A stretch of 64,000 nt of DNA from Deltaproteobacteria bacterium (GTDB lineage: Bacteria; Myxococcota; Kuafuiibacteriia; Kuafuiibacteriales; Kuafuiibacteriaceae): assembly GCA_040218735.1 (NCBI GenBank), contig JAVJQW010000055.1:32001-96000 (forward strand), given 5' to 3'. The notes beneath the pieces were generated by a model that saw only the letters and a program-made list of their open reading frames with translations, made no database searches and was not told the DNA's origin. Below are positions 29,984 through 40,422 of this stretch, in pieces; the first letter of the stretch is position 1; every line of letters starts with the position of its first letter. A program made the position numbers and the translations under genes.

Positions 29984-31875
29984 GTCAGTGGAAACTCCTG
30001 AAACGCCGCGGCTTCTCGTCGCTCTTCTTCACGCAGCTCCTCGGCGCGTTCAACGACAACCTGTTCAAGAACGCACTGGTCATCGCGATCACGTATCGCG
30101 CAGCGAGCGTCGCAGGCCTCGGACCGGAGCAGCTCGTCGCGCTGTCGGGGGGCGTCTTCATCCTGCCGTTCTTCTTGTTCTCCGCGACCGCCGGGCAGAT
30201 CGCCGACCGGTTCGCGAAGTCGCGGGTCATTCGGTTCGTGAAGATCCTCGAGATCGGGATCATGTCGGTGGCCGCGTACGGCTTCCTCACGGATCAGCTC
30301 GTGCTGCTGCTGGTGGTGCTGTTCCTGATGGGGTTCCAGTCCGCGATCTTCGGCCCCGCGAAGTACAGCGTGCTGCCGGAGCTGCTGGAGGAGCGTGACC
30401 TCGTCGGCGGCAACGCGATCGTCGAGACCGGGAGCTTCGTCGCGATCCTGTTGGGCACGATCGCAGGCGCGCTGCTGATCTCGATCGAAGGCACCGGGCC
30501 CACGATCCTCGCGGTGGCGGTCGTCGTCGTCGCGGTGCTCGGCTTCGTGACGTCCACGTGGATGCCGAAGCTCGCGCCCGCCGCTCCGGATCTGGAGATC
30601 ACGCCGGACCCGATTCGCCCGACGCTGCAGACCTTCTCCGTCACGCGGAAGAACCGGCCGGTGTTCCTGTCGATCCTCGGCATCAGCTGGTTCTGGTTCC
30701 TCGGCGCTTCACTGATCACGCTGTTGCCCGCGTACTCGAAGGACGTCCTGCACGGCGGCGAGTCGGTGGTGACGACGTTCCTCGCGCTGTTCTGCGTGGG
30801 CATCGCGGTGGGGTCGCTGCTGTGCGAGCGCATGAGCCACCGGATGCTCGAGCTCGGGCTGGTGCCGTTCGGATCGATCGGCATGTCGCTGTTCCTCTTC
30901 GATCTCTTCCTCGTCGGCGCGCCGGAGCTGTCCGGGACCGAGCTGCGTTCGATCGGCACGCTCCTCGGCGAGGGGACCTCGGTGCGCATCGTGTTCGACC
31001 TCGCGGGCCTGTCGATCTTCGGCGGCTTCTACACGGTGCCGCTGTACACGATGATCCAGCAGCGGTCCGCGGCGTCGGAGCGGTCACGCGTCATCGCGGG
31101 CAACAACGTCCTCAACGCGGCGTTCATGGTCGCGGCGTCGCTGATGCTGATCGGCCTGTTCGCGGCCGGTTTCAGCATCCCGCAGATCTGGGGCGTGCTC
31201 GCGCTGTTGAACGCCGCGGTCGCGGTCTACATCTACACGGTCATCCCGGAGTTCCTGCTCCGCTTCGGCGCGTGGATCCTCGCGAACGTGATGTACCGCG
31301 TGCGCATCACCGGCCGCGACCACATCCCCACCGAGGGCCCGGCGGTGTTGGTGTGCAACCACGTCACCTTCATCGACTGGCTGATCGTCGCCAGCGCGTG
31401 CCCGAGGCCGGTGCGCTTCGTGATGTACCACGGCTACTTCGATCGCCCGGTGATCCGCACGCTCTTCCGTGACGCGAAGGTCATCCCGATCGCCCCCGCC
31501 CACGAGTCGGAGGCGGTCCTCGACGCCGCCTTCGATCGCATCGCCGCCGAGCTCGAGGACGGCGAGATGGTCTGCATCTTCCCCGAGGGCAAGCTCACGA
31601 AGGACGGCAAGATGAACCCGTTCCGGAGCGGCGTCGAACGCATCGTGCAGCGCACGCCGGTCCCCGTGATCCCGATGGCGCTCGGCGGCATGTGGGGGAG
31701 CTTCTTCTCGAAGGGCGGAGGCAAGGCGTTCTCGCGGATCTGGTCGAGGGTGTCGCTCGCGATCGGCGCGCCGGTCACGGCGGAGCAGGTGAGCGCCGCC
31801 GATCTGCAAGCTCGGGTGGGCGTTCTCGGCGCGGAGCACGACGAGCGCGGCGCGCCGCAGCCCGCGCAGAGCTGA
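29980..31875 (+). CDS. MFS transporter (LplT-like) fused to PlsC-type acyltransferase
   Basis: TQLLGAFNDNLFK, FGPAKY; acyltransferase motifs CNHVTFID and IFPEG. Confidence 0.9.
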   Translation: MSQWKLLKRRGFSSLFFTQLLGAFNDNLFKNALVIAITYRAASVAGLGPEQLVALSGGVFILPFFLFSATAGQIADRFAKSRVIRFVKILEIGIMSVAAYGFLTDQLVLLLVVLFLMGFQSAIFGPAKYSVLPELLEERDLVGGNAIVETGSFVAILLGTIAGALLISIEGTGPTILAVAVVVVAVLGFVTSTWMPKLAPAAPDLEITPDPIRPTLQTFSVTRKNRPVFLSILGISWFWFLGASLITLLPAYSKDVLHGGESVVTTFLALFCVGIAVGSLLCERMSHRMLELGLVPFGSIGMSLFLFDLFLVGAPELSGTELRSIGTLLGEGTSVRIVFDLAGLSIFGGFYTVPLYTMIQQRSAASERSRVIAGNNVLNAAFMVAASLMLIGLFAAGFSIPQIWGVLALLNAAVAVYIYTVIPEFLLRFGAWILANVMYRVRITGRDHIPTEGPAVLVCNHVTFIDWLIVASACPRPVRFVMYHGYFDRPVIRTLFRDAKVIPIAPAHESEAVLDAAFDRIAAELEDGEMVCIFPEGKLTKDGKMNPFRSGVERIVQRTPVPVIPMALGGMWGSFFSKGGGKAFSRIWSRVSLAIGAPVTAEQVSAADLQARVGVLGAEHDERGAPQPAQS

Positions 31876-31882
31876 CGAAGTC

Positions 31883-32260
31883 CTAGGTTTCGGAGAGCTC
31901 GCCACCCTCCGACGGCGGAACGGAGAGCTGCCCGGCTGCGCGCTCGACTTCCTTCGTTCGGATCTCATCGTACTGGCGCTGCAGGTGTCGCGCGTCGGAG
32001 CGGTCGCCGAGACCCTTGAGCACGAGCCAGCTACCCACCACGAAGAGCCCGATCCAGAGGCCCTGTGCCTGGATGGCGAACAGCGCAACGGTGAATCCGG
32101 CGGCGCCGACCCCCACCGTCATGCGCTGCCAGGATCGTGTGCGCAGCCCCGCGATGCGGATCGCGCGCTCCTTCTGTGCGTCGCCGTTTCTCAGGTCGAA
32201 GCCGCATGCGCAGAAGCGCACGTGTGGCTCGCTGATGAGATCGCAGCGAGCGCACCTCAT
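31883..32260 (-). CDS. Small zinc-ribbon membrane protein
   Basis: MRCARC...FCACGFDL followed by two TM segments; ATG overlaps the upstream stop. Confidence 0.65.
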   Translation of the reverse strand: MRCARCDLISEPHVRFCACGFDLRNGDAQKERAIRIAGLRTRSWQRMTVGVGAAGFTVALFAIQAQGLWIGLFVVGSWLVLKGLGDRSDARHLQRQYDEIRTKEVERAAGQLSVPPSEGGELSET

Positions 32261-34374
32261 CGGCGGCGCCTCAAAGCTATGAGGACGACGATGAGCCACC
32301 CAGGCGAGCCGCTCCGCTCCGTCGCCGTGCACCCGCACCCGTCTTCCGCGTCGCGGTGGCCCGTCACCTCCACGTCGAAGTACAGGCTCGGCCCGAGCGC
32401 GGCGTTTTTCTTCACCATCACCGCCATCGTGTTCTGACCGACCACCAGGAGGTCCTCGGGCACCGCGATCTCGACGCGACGGATCTCCGCCGCGAGCGCC
32501 TCCGGGTCCGCCAAGGCTTCGAACGAATCGTCGTCGATCGATCGCGCGTAGACCTCGCGACCGTTGATCCAGATCTTCGCGCCGACCTCGTGCACGAGCT
32601 CGAGGGTCAACCGATCGAACGGCGCCTCCACGTTGAAGTCCTTGCGGAAGTACACCGTCGGCGCGAGCAGCGCATCGAGCAGGTACGTGCGGCACGCGCA
32701 CTCCCACGGCAGACACGCGCAGATCGAAAACGGCCCCTGACCGCGCTCCCAATCGCCGTCGCGGTACCCCGGCGAGGTCCAGTCCTCACCGTCCAGGGAC
32801 TCCACGTGGTAACGCCACGACACGCCGGACCGAATCAAGCGCACCGGCGCCTCGGCGAGCACTTCGAGCGTTTCGCTCTCGTCCGCCGCGGCCCCCGACA
32901 CCACCCGCACGCGCACGGTTTCCGCCTCCGGCACCGTCCATTCGTAGCGCCCCGAAGCCGCGGGCACGGTGGTCACCCGCTCCCAGTCGTCCTCCGCGCG
33001 ATACTCGATCGTCACTTCGTCGATCCCCGCCGAAACCCAAGTCACCGCGACCGTGCTCCCCTCGACCAAGTCATCCGCCGCGGTGGGGCCCGTCAGCGCG
33101 AGAGTCTCCCCGCGGGTGATCGAGAACGCGTCACTCACCACGCCGTCCATTCGCACGTTCTTCACGCGCATGAGATCGCCGTCGACCGAGACGATCACGG
33201 ACCCGTTCACCAGCTCCGTCATGTGCATCAACACGTGCTCTTCGTCGCCGTCGCGTCCCACGTTCGTCCCGCCGTGACCGGCGACGATGCAGACGTTGCC
33301 GTCGTCGGGGTTCGTCTTCACGTACGGCCGGTTCTCCTCGCCGTCCCCCGAGTCGACGATGTGCCCCTCCGCGGTGGTGGGTGTGTCGTACGCGCCCTTG
33401 ATGAGGTACGAGCGCTCGTAGATGTGCGAGTGACCGCCGAGCACGAGGTCGACCCCCGCCGCCTCCAACATCGGCATCACGCGCTCGCGCATCTCGATGT
33501 GTCCGATCTCGGTGTCGGAGTCGTGGCTGCCCTTCGTGTACGGCGGGTGGTGGAAGTAGACGACGAGCCAGTCCGCGTCCGTCGACGCGAGGTCCATCTG
33601 TAGCCACGCGAGCATCGCGCCCTCCGTCGCACGCAGCTCCGCGCGGTACGACTCGAGCGCGATGAAGTGCACGTTCGCCCAGTCCCACGAGTAGTAGGCC
33701 TCCGTCCCCGACGCGACGCCGCCGACCTGCGCCTGCGTCGGCAGCACGTACGCGTCGTAATACGGGCCCGTCGCCGTGAGTGAATCCGAAGCGCCCCCTT
33801 CGTGGTTGCCGATCGCCGGGTACGTCGGCGTGTTGCGCAGGATGTTCTGGTACATCGCGAAGAAGCGGTCCTGGAACTCCTGGTCCGTGCCGTCCGAGTA
33901 CGCCATGTCGCCCACGTGCAGATACACGTCCGGCGGCGACTGCCCGCTCTCGCGGAGCATCGCGTCGCGCACCCGCGCCTGCTTCGCCGTCGCGACCCCC
34001 GAGTCACCGACGACCCAGAACGTGAACGGCTTCGCCGCCCCGACTTCGGGCGCCGTGACGAAGAAGTGGTCCTCGTCGCCACCCGCCAGCGACGCGTCCG
34101 CCGGGCCGACCGCGTAGTAGTACTTCGTGTCGGGCTGTAGGCCCGTGATCTCGACCTCGTGCTGCGTCGCCGTCGAGCTGTCGGTCAGCGTCGCGTCGAG
34201 CGCGTCGGGTGAGGAGCCGTAACGGAGCGTCGTCGTCGACGCGCCGTCCGTCCGCCAGACCACCGTCGCCGACGAGGGCGTGGTCAATTGAATATAAGGG
34301 CCGCGGAGGGGGCGCGCCGCGGTCGTCGCCGTGACCAGGCACCCGAGCATCAGCGCTCTCGAGAACCACCTCAT
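32257..34374 (-). CDS. Purple acid phosphatase-type metallophosphoesterase with MYXO-CTERM-like anchor
   Basis: FN3-like N-domain, GDSG, GDMAY, GNHE, FHHPPY, GHSHIYER; C-terminal GCGC...WLIVVLIALRRRR. Confidence 0.92.
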   Translation of the reverse strand: MRWFSRALMLGCLVTATTAARPLRGPYIQLTTPSSATVVWRTDGASTTTLRYGSSPDALDATLTDSSTATQHEVEITGLQPDTKYYYAVGPADASLAGGDEDHFFVTAPEVGAAKPFTFWVVGDSGVATAKQARVRDAMLRESGQSPPDVYLHVGDMAYSDGTDQEFQDRFFAMYQNILRNTPTYPAIGNHEGGASDSLTATGPYYDAYVLPTQAQVGGVASGTEAYYSWDWANVHFIALESYRAELRATEGAMLAWLQMDLASTDADWLVVYFHHPPYTKGSHDSDTEIGHIEMRERVMPMLEAAGVDLVLGGHSHIYERSYLIKGAYDTPTTAEGHIVDSGDGEENRPYVKTNPDDGNVCIVAGHGGTNVGRDGDEEHVLMHMTELVNGSVIVSVDGDLMRVKNVRMDGVVSDAFSITRGETLALTGPTAADDLVEGSTVAVTWVSAGIDEVTIEYRAEDDWERVTTVPAASGRYEWTVPEAETVRVRVVSGAAADESETLEVLAEAPVRLIRSGVSWRYHVESLDGEDWTSPGYRDGDWERGQGPFSICACLPWECACRTYLLDALLAPTVYFRKDFNVEAPFDRLTLELVHEVGAKIWINGREVYARSIDDDSFEALADPEALAAEIRRVEIAVPEDLLVVGQNTMAVMVKKNAALGPSLYFDVEVTGHRDAEDGCGCTATERSGSPGWLIVVLIALRRRR

Positions 34375-35237
34375 CGCGCACCCCCTTCGATGCGCTCCAG
34401 GAGCGTTTGCGCCCGGGTGAACGATGGCGCCCGCCGGAGCGCCCGCTGCAGATCCGCGACCGCGTCCTTACGACGCCCCACCGCGACGTACGCGGCGGCG
34501 CGCTCCGTCAGCGCGAGCGGCGTCGGTCGTCGCGCCACCAACCGCTCGGCGTCCGCGACCGCCGCGCGACGATCCGCCGCCGCGGCCGACGCGTCCGACT
34601 GGACCTCCGCCCGCAACAACAGCCACCGCGTCTTCACCCGCGCCGAACGCAGCCGCGCGTCGATGAGCGCTTTCGCCCGGGACGGATCGGGCTCCACCCG
34701 CGCGAGCTCCGCGACGAGGAGGTCGGAGCCCGTCGCCTCGACCCCACGCGCCAACCACGCCACCGCCTCGACGCGCCGCCCCGCGTTCACCAGGAGCCGG
34801 CCGCCCTCGTAGAACGCATCGACGCCGGGGGCCGCGTCGACCGCACCCGCGTAGTCCGCCATCGCCGCGACCGCGTCCCCGAGCGCCACGCGCGAGCGCG
34901 CCCGGAGGAGCCGCGCGCCGTACACGTCTCGTCCGTCGCGCTCCAGATACTTCGTGAACGCCGCGACCGCCGCCGAGTGTTGCCCGCGGTCTTGCTCGAG
35001 GCGCCCGCGCTCCAGCCACACCCGCGTCTCATCCGGGTGCAGCGCCTGCACTAGCTCCAGCGCGACGAGCGCGTCGTCGACGCGCGACAGGTTTCGGTAG
35101 GACTCCGCCCGCTCGAAGAGTGTGCTGGCGTTCGTGGCATCGGAGAGTCGCGACAGCGTCAGCGGCGCCCCCTCGTGTGCGTCGGCCTCGCTCACCACGA
35201 GCAGGGCGCAGACGAACCACCCGATTCGGATTCGCAT
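34371..35237 (-). CDS. Exported TPR protein
   Basis: Signal peptide ending ADA-H; repeated TPR-like helices; 4-bp overlap with the phosphatase gene. Confidence 0.8.
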   Translation of the reverse strand: MRIRIGWFVCALLVVSEADAHEGAPLTLSRLSDATNASTLFERAESYRNLSRVDDALVALELVQALHPDETRVWLERGRLEQDRGQHSAAVAAFTKYLERDGRDVYGARLLRARSRVALGDAVAAMADYAGAVDAAPGVDAFYEGGRLLVNAGRRVEAVAWLARGVEATGSDLLVAELARVEPDPSRAKALIDARLRSARVKTRWLLLRAEVQSDASAAAADRRAAVADAERLVARRPTPLALTERAAAYVAVGRRKDAVADLQRALRRAPSFTRAQTLLERIEGGAR

Positions 35238-35280
35238 CCGCCCGTCCTCGCCCGGCTGACGCTTGCTGACAATACGTCGG

Positions 35281-36318
35281 CTACCGGCGCGAGGGGGGCA
35301 GGCGCCGGGTGCGGAGGAGCGCCTCGGCCACGTCCTGGCCGACGTCCCGCGCGTCGGACTTCGAGGGCTCCGCGGTGTGCTTCAGATCGTCGCGCAGCGC
35401 CACCAGCGCTGCTCGCGCATCGACGTAGTCCCAGACCGCGTCCAGCAGCGGCTCCATGTCCACGTCGCTCAGCGAAGCAGGCAGCTCGTCGGGCCGATAC
35501 TCGAACGAACGGCGCCGGCCGGAGGCGAGCTCGACGAGCGCGTCGACGCCGCGTTCGTCGCGCGGACCGAAGTAGGCATCGAACGACGTCTTCGACTCGA
35601 TACGGTCGAGCGCGCGCTTCGCTTCCTCGCGCCGCGGTGGGTGGGCCCCGTACGGTCGGAGGGGATGAAAGTGCGTCGTCGCCACGATGTGGAACGCCCC
35701 GCCGCTCTGCAGCGTCGCGTGCCGGATGCGACTCGGGACACGACCGAGCGTGGCGTGCGGCGTCGCCAGGAACTGCTCGACGTCCCGCTGGATCCCGTCG
35801 ACGGGGTCTAGGTGCCAGCCGCGACCGATGGTGATGGTGTTGATCGTCTGGAGCGCGTGCACGACGACGCGCTCGCGCTCGGCGCGATAGACGACCTCTT
35901 CGATCGTTCGCCGACTCCCGCCGCTCAACCCCAAACCGCCGGCGACCAACAGCAGCCGACGCTCGGCGCCGGGCGCCCACTTCACCGCATCCAGGGTCGA
36001 GTCGATCAGGTCCGCGGTCAGCGCCGCACGCGTGAGCTCGCCTCGACGGCGGAGCGCATCGGCGCGCGCCACGGCCGCGAGGAGCGCGTCCTTTAGCGAG
36101 CCACCATCGAACGCGAGATCCTCGACGATCTCCCCGGGGCCTCCGTGGACGACCGCGATTCGAACGCCGCGGTCTGCGAGCCGTTCTTCGGCGCGCACCA
36201 GCTCGTGAATCGTACGGTCCGCCAGCCGCTCGGCGCCGAGGACGACGACGACGTCCGTTCCGGCCCAGGCCGTCGCGGACACGAGCAGGGTGATAGCGAC
36301 GATCAGCGGACGAAGCAC
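35281..36318 (-). CDS. Exported hypothetical protein, possibly degenerate vWA fold
   Basis: Signal peptide ATAWA; DVVVVL / RIAVV / W..GAERRLLLV pattern without a MIDAS DxSxS; start uncertain (36318 or 36354). Confidence 0.55.
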   Translation of the reverse strand: MLRPLIVAITLLVSATAWAGTDVVVVLGAERLADRTIHELVRAEERLADRGVRIAVVHGGPGEIVEDLAFDGGSLKDALLAAVARADALRRRGELTRAALTADLIDSTLDAVKWAPGAERRLLLVAGGLGLSGGSRRTIEEVVYRAERERVVVHALQTINTITIGRGWHLDPVDGIQRDVEQFLATPHATLGRVPSRIRHATLQSGGAFHIVATTHFHPLRPYGAHPPRREEAKRALDRIESKTSFDAYFGPRDERGVDALVELASGRRRSFEYRPDELPASLSDVDMEPLLDAVWDYVDARAALVALRDDLKHTAEPSKSDARDVGQDVAEALLRTRRLPPSRR

Positions 36319-36347
36319 TCGCTCACCATGCACGGTCGGGCTCGCGA

Positions 36348-37484
36348 TCACCACCCGAGCTGCCGGGCCGCGAGCTCCTTCATGATCTCCTCGGCGCCCC
36401 CGCCGATCGCCATGACCTTCGTCTCCCGGTAGATGCGCTCCGACTTACATCCCCGCAGGTAACCGGCGCCGCCGAGGATTTGCACGGCCTCCTTCGCGCA
36501 CAGCTCCATCGTCTGCGTCGCTTGGTTCTTCAGCAGGCAGATCGGCCCGACCGGCGACTCCCCCTGCTGCATCGCGTACGCGATCTGCTCGAGGAACGCC
36601 TTCGTCGCGTGAAGCGCCTGCGCCATGTCGACGAGTTTGTGCCGGATGACCTGGTGCCCGATCAGCGGCTTGCCGAACGTCTCGCGGTCCTTCGCCCACG
36701 CGAGCGCCTCCTCGAAACACACCTGCGCAAATCCGTACGCCCCCGCCGCGAGGGACAGGCGCTCGTTGTTGAAGTTGAGCATGATGCCCATGAAGCCGGC
36801 GTTTTCGTCGCCGACCAGGTTCGCCGCCGGGACGCGGCAGTCGTCGAAGTAGAGCGTCGCGGTGTCGGACGCCCACCACCCCATCTTCTCGAGGGGCGTG
36901 CGCGTGAAGCCGGGGGTGTCCGCGTCGACGACGAAGATCGAGATGCCGCCCATCCCCTCGTCGCCGGTGCGCGCGGCGACCGTTACGAAGTCCGCGCGCA
37001 TCCCGGAGGTGATGAAGGTCTTCGACCCGTTCAGGACGTAGTGGTCGCCGTCCTTCTTGGCGGTCGTCTTCATCCGCGCGACGTCCGAGCCCCCGGACGG
37101 CTCGGTGATCGCGAGCGCTGCGATCTTCTCCCCGGCGAGCACGGGCGGCACGACCCGCGCCTTCAATTCGTCCGATCCGAGCGCGACGATCGGGGGCAGG
37201 GCGATCGTGTGGCTCATCAGCCCCGCGCTGACGCCGCCCGAGCCGCCCCGGGCGAGCTCCTCTCCGCCGATCAGGACGCCGAAGGGGTCCCCCTCTACGC
37301 CGCCGAGCGCCTCCGGGAAGCCCATACCGAGGAGCCCGATCTCGGCCGCGTCGACGTAGAGCTGGCGAGGGAACTCGGCCGCTTCGTCCCAAGCGTCCGC
37401 GAACGGGGCGATCTTTTCGCTCACGAAGCGCCTCAGGGTGCGCCGAAAGGCCTCGTGCTCGTCCGTATAGTAGGGGCTGACCAC
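36348..37484 (-). CDS. Acyl-CoA dehydrogenase
   Basis: LAITEPSGGSDV, NGSKTFITSG, KMGWWASDT, FNNER, QILGGAGY, AIGGGAEE. Confidence 0.96.
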   Translation of the reverse strand: MVSPYYTDEHEAFRRTLRRFVSEKIAPFADAWDEAAEFPRQLYVDAAEIGLLGMGFPEALGGVEGDPFGVLIGGEELARGGSGGVSAGLMSHTIALPPIVALGSDELKARVVPPVLAGEKIAALAITEPSGGSDVARMKTTAKKDGDHYVLNGSKTFITSGMRADFVTVAARTGDEGMGGISIFVVDADTPGFTRTPLEKMGWWASDTATLYFDDCRVPAANLVGDENAGFMGIMLNFNNERLSLAAGAYGFAQVCFEEALAWAKDRETFGKPLIGHQVIRHKLVDMAQALHATKAFLEQIAYAMQQGESPVGPICLLKNQATQTMELCAKEAVQILGGAGYLRGCKSERIYRETKVMAIGGGAEEIMKELAARQLGW

Positions 37485-37585
37485 GGCAGATGGTCCTAAC
37501 AGGCCCGACCACGCGTGGCGAGCCGCCGCCCCGAGGGTGCGCTTTTCTCGCAGTCTGGCGGCGGTTCTGGCCTGATAGGGGCGGC

Positions 37586-38929
37586 GTGTACATCGTCGTG
37601 ATCGGTCTGGGCGAGGTGGGTCGCCACCTCATTCGTGTGCTCGAGCTCGAAGGGCACGACGTCGTCGCGGTGGACCAGAGCCCCGACGCCGTCCGCTACG
37701 TCGAGGAGCACCACGACGTCATGACCCTCGTGGGTTACGGGGCGAGCGAGGAGATCCTCGAGAGCGCCGCCGTCGCGCGCGCGGATCTCGTGGTGGCGGT
37801 GACCGACCACGACGAGGTGAACCTCATCGCCGCGCTCGCCTCCCGGCAGCGGGGCGCAAAACGGGTCATCGCGCGTACCGAGGGCAACGAGTGGGCGCGC
37901 TCGCGCCAAGGTGTTCGTTACAACCTCCTGGGGGTCGACGTCGCGATCAACCCGAGTGTCCTCATCGCGACGGAGCTCGTGAAGATCGCGCGCTCCCACG
38001 GCGCGGTGGAGGTCATCGATCTCGCGCAGGATCGACTGGAGCTGGTGCAGGTCGAGATCACGGAGAAGACCCGCTTCATCCACCGCCCGATCTCCTCGAT
38101 CCCGATGCCGCGCGACACACTCATCGCGGCCATCGTTCGCAAGAACGAGCTGTTCGTCCCTGGCGGCGCCGACGTCGTCATCCCCGATGATCGCATCTAT
38201 CTGTTCGGGCGCCCGTCCGACGTCCCCGACGCCGAGGACCTCTTCACGACGAGCCGCGAAGCACGCCGCGCCTGCATCGCGGGCGGCGGCCTCACCGGAG
38301 AGATGGTCGCGCGCCAGCTCGCGGAGGAGGGCACCGAGGTGCTGCTCATCGAGTCGCAGCGCGACCGCGCGGAGGAGCTGTCCGCCGCGCTCCCCGACGT
38401 CGCGGTCCTGCACGGCGACGGCACCGACACCCGCTTGCTCGAAGAGGAGGAGGTCGGCACCTACGACCTGTTCGCCGCCGTCACCGCGGACGACGAGCTC
38501 AACCTGATGGCCGCGCTCCTCGCGCAGCGCCTCGGGACGCAGCGCACCGCCGCCATCGTGCAGCGCCCCGACTACCAGCCGATCTACCGGCAGCTCGGCA
38601 TCGACATCGTGGTGTCGCCGCGCACCGTCGCGTCGGACCACATCCTGCGCTTCTGCCGGCGAACGGAGCTCAAGAGCCTCACCGTCCTCCAGAACGGACA
38701 GGCGGAGGTCCTCGAGCTGGACGCGCAGCACGGTAGCCGCGTCGTGAACACACCGCTGCGTCAACTCAGCTTGCCGCGCGGTGCGATCATCGGCGCCATC
38801 CTGCACGAGGACCAGGTGATCGTGCCGCGGGGTGACGACCGCGTGATGGAGGGGGACACCGTCGTGGTGCTCACGACGATGGCCGCGCGCGCCACCGTCG
38901 AGCGGCTCTTCCGACCGGGGCTTCTGTGA
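37586..38929 (+). CDS. trkA: Trk system K+ uptake regulatory subunit
   Basis: Two RCK_N (GLGEVG; GGGLTG) and two RCK_C domains; GTG 37586. Confidence 0.93.
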   Translation: MYIVVIGLGEVGRHLIRVLELEGHDVVAVDQSPDAVRYVEEHHDVMTLVGYGASEEILESAAVARADLVVAVTDHDEVNLIAALASRQRGAKRVIARTEGNEWARSRQGVRYNLLGVDVAINPSVLIATELVKIARSHGAVEVIDLAQDRLELVQVEITEKTRFIHRPISSIPMPRDTLIAAIVRKNELFVPGGADVVIPDDRIYLFGRPSDVPDAEDLFTTSREARRACIAGGGLTGEMVARQLAEEGTEVLLIESQRDRAEELSAALPDVAVLHGDGTDTRLLEEEEVGTYDLFAAVTADDELNLMAALLAQRLGTQRTAAIVQRPDYQPIYRQLGIDIVVSPRTVASDHILRFCRRTELKSLTVLQNGQAEVLELDAQHGSRVVNTPLRQLSLPRGAIIGAILHEDQVIVPRGDDRVMEGDTVVVLTTMAARATVERLFRPGLL

Positions 38930-40422
38930 GACGCAACCTTCGCGACTATCGCGGCGTCTTCAAACCCGTCGGCGCCGTGGTCATGGGGCTCGGCGTGTGC
39001 ATCGCGCTGTGCGCGCTCGTCGGCTTTGGTTTCAACCTGGTCGACCCGCAGCCTTTCAAGGGACCGCCCGGCGGCGAGCTCGCGTTGGTGCTCGCCGCGG
39101 TCTCGACGATCGTCACCGGCGCGTCGTTCTTCGTCTACGGCCGCCGCTTCGAGAGCCCGACGCTCACCCGCCGCGAGGCGATCCTCTCCGTCGCGATGAT
39201 CTGGTTCGCGGCCGGAATCTTCGGCGCGATCCCGTTCATGTTCGGCGCGCGGATGTCGTTCGCCGACGCGTTCTTCGAGTCGGTCAGCGGCCTCACCACC
39301 ACGGGCGCCACCGTCATCACGCAGATCGAGTCCGGCCTCTCACGACCGCTGCTGTTGTGGCGCTCGCTCATCCAGTGGTTGGGCGGGATGGGCATCGTCG
39401 TCCTGTTCGTCGCGGTGTTCCCGAACATCGGCGCCGGCGGCAAACACATGTTCGGCGAGGAGGTCCCCGGCACCACCGCCGAAGGCCTCAAGCCGCGCAT
39501 CGCCGAGACGTCGCGGACGTTGTGGAAGCTCTACGCGCTCTTCACCGCGCTCGAGGTGCTCGCGCTGTGGCTCCTCGACATGTCCGTGTTCGAGGCGCTC
39601 TGTCACGCGCTCACCACGATGTCGACGGGCGGCTTCTCCACGCGCGACGCCTCCGCGGCGGCGTTCGAGAGCGCGGCGATCGAGCTGACGCTCGCCGCGT
39701 TCATGCTGATCGGGAGCGTGAACTACGGCCTCTACTACGCGTTCCTCCGGAACCGCACCCTGCGCGCGTTCACGCGCTCGGTGGAGTTCAAGGCGTACTT
39801 GGTCATCGTGTTCCTCTCCACGTGTGTCCTCACCTTCGGGCTGTTCGAGGTGCACGACCGCAACCTCTTCGACGCCTTCCGCTACGCCATCTTCATGGTG
39901 GCGACGACCATCTCTTCGACCGGCTACGGCACCGACGACTACATGGCCTATCCGCAGCCGCTGTTGTTCGTCGTCATCATCATCATGTTCGTCGGCGGCT
40001 GCGCGGGATCGACGGCCGGCGGAATCAAGATCGAGCGTATCGTCCTCATGGGTAAGGCGATCTGGGGTGAAATTCGTCGCTCGTTTCGCCCGAACCTCGT
40101 CCACGTCCTCCGCATGGGCAGGAACGTCGTGCCGCGCGAAGCGATCACTGACGTGCTCGTGTTCTTCGTCGTCTACATGATCGCGCTCGCGCTCGGCATC
40201 GCGCTCACGACGACCATCGAAGACCGCCCGATCATGACGTCGTTCGGCGCGGTGCTCACCTGCCTGTCGAACATGGGCCCGGCGCCGTTCTACATGGGCG
40301 CCGACAACTTCGCCTCCTACTCGTCGGTGATGAAGATCGTCTTCGCCGTCTTGATGCTCCTGGGGCGCCTCGAGTTCTTCGCGCTCCTGTCGCTGCTCGC
40401 CGCGGGGTTCTGGAAGCGATGA
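38926..40422 (+). CDS. trkH: Trk system K+ channel subunit
   Basis: FESVSGLTTTGATV, QWLGGMG, STGGFS, STGYG, GSTAGGIK, SNMGP, GRLEF. Confidence 0.95.
   Translation: MRRNLRDYRGVFKPVGAVVMGLGVCIALCALVGFGFNLVDPQPFKGPPGGELALVLAAVSTIVTGASFFVYGRRFESPTLTRREAILSVAMIWFAAGIFGAIPFMFGARMSFADAFFESVSGLTTTGATVITQIESGLSRPLLLWRSLIQWLGGMGIVVLFVAVFPNIGAGGKHMFGEEVPGTTAEGLKPRIAETSRTLWKLYALFTALEVLALWLLDMSVFEALCHALTTMSTGGFSTRDASAAAFESAAIELTLAAFMLIGSVNYGLYYAFLRNRTLRAFTRSVEFKAYLVIVFLSTCVLTFGLFEVHDRNLFDAFRYAIFMVATTISSTGYGTDDYMAYPQPLLFVVIIIMFVGGCAGSTAGGIKIERIVLMGKAIWGEIRRSFRPNLVHVLRMGRNVVPREAITDVLVFFVVYMIALALGIALTTTIEDRPIMTSFGAVLTCLSNMGPAPFYMGADNFASYSSVMKIVFAVLMLLGRLEFFALLSLLAAGFWKR

Noticed and set aside
37549-37578. 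Fifth sigma-28-like site before trkA (CGCA-N18-CCTGATAG)
   Set aside because: Two mismatches in the CCGATAA core; equally consistent with an ordinary housekeeping -10 element
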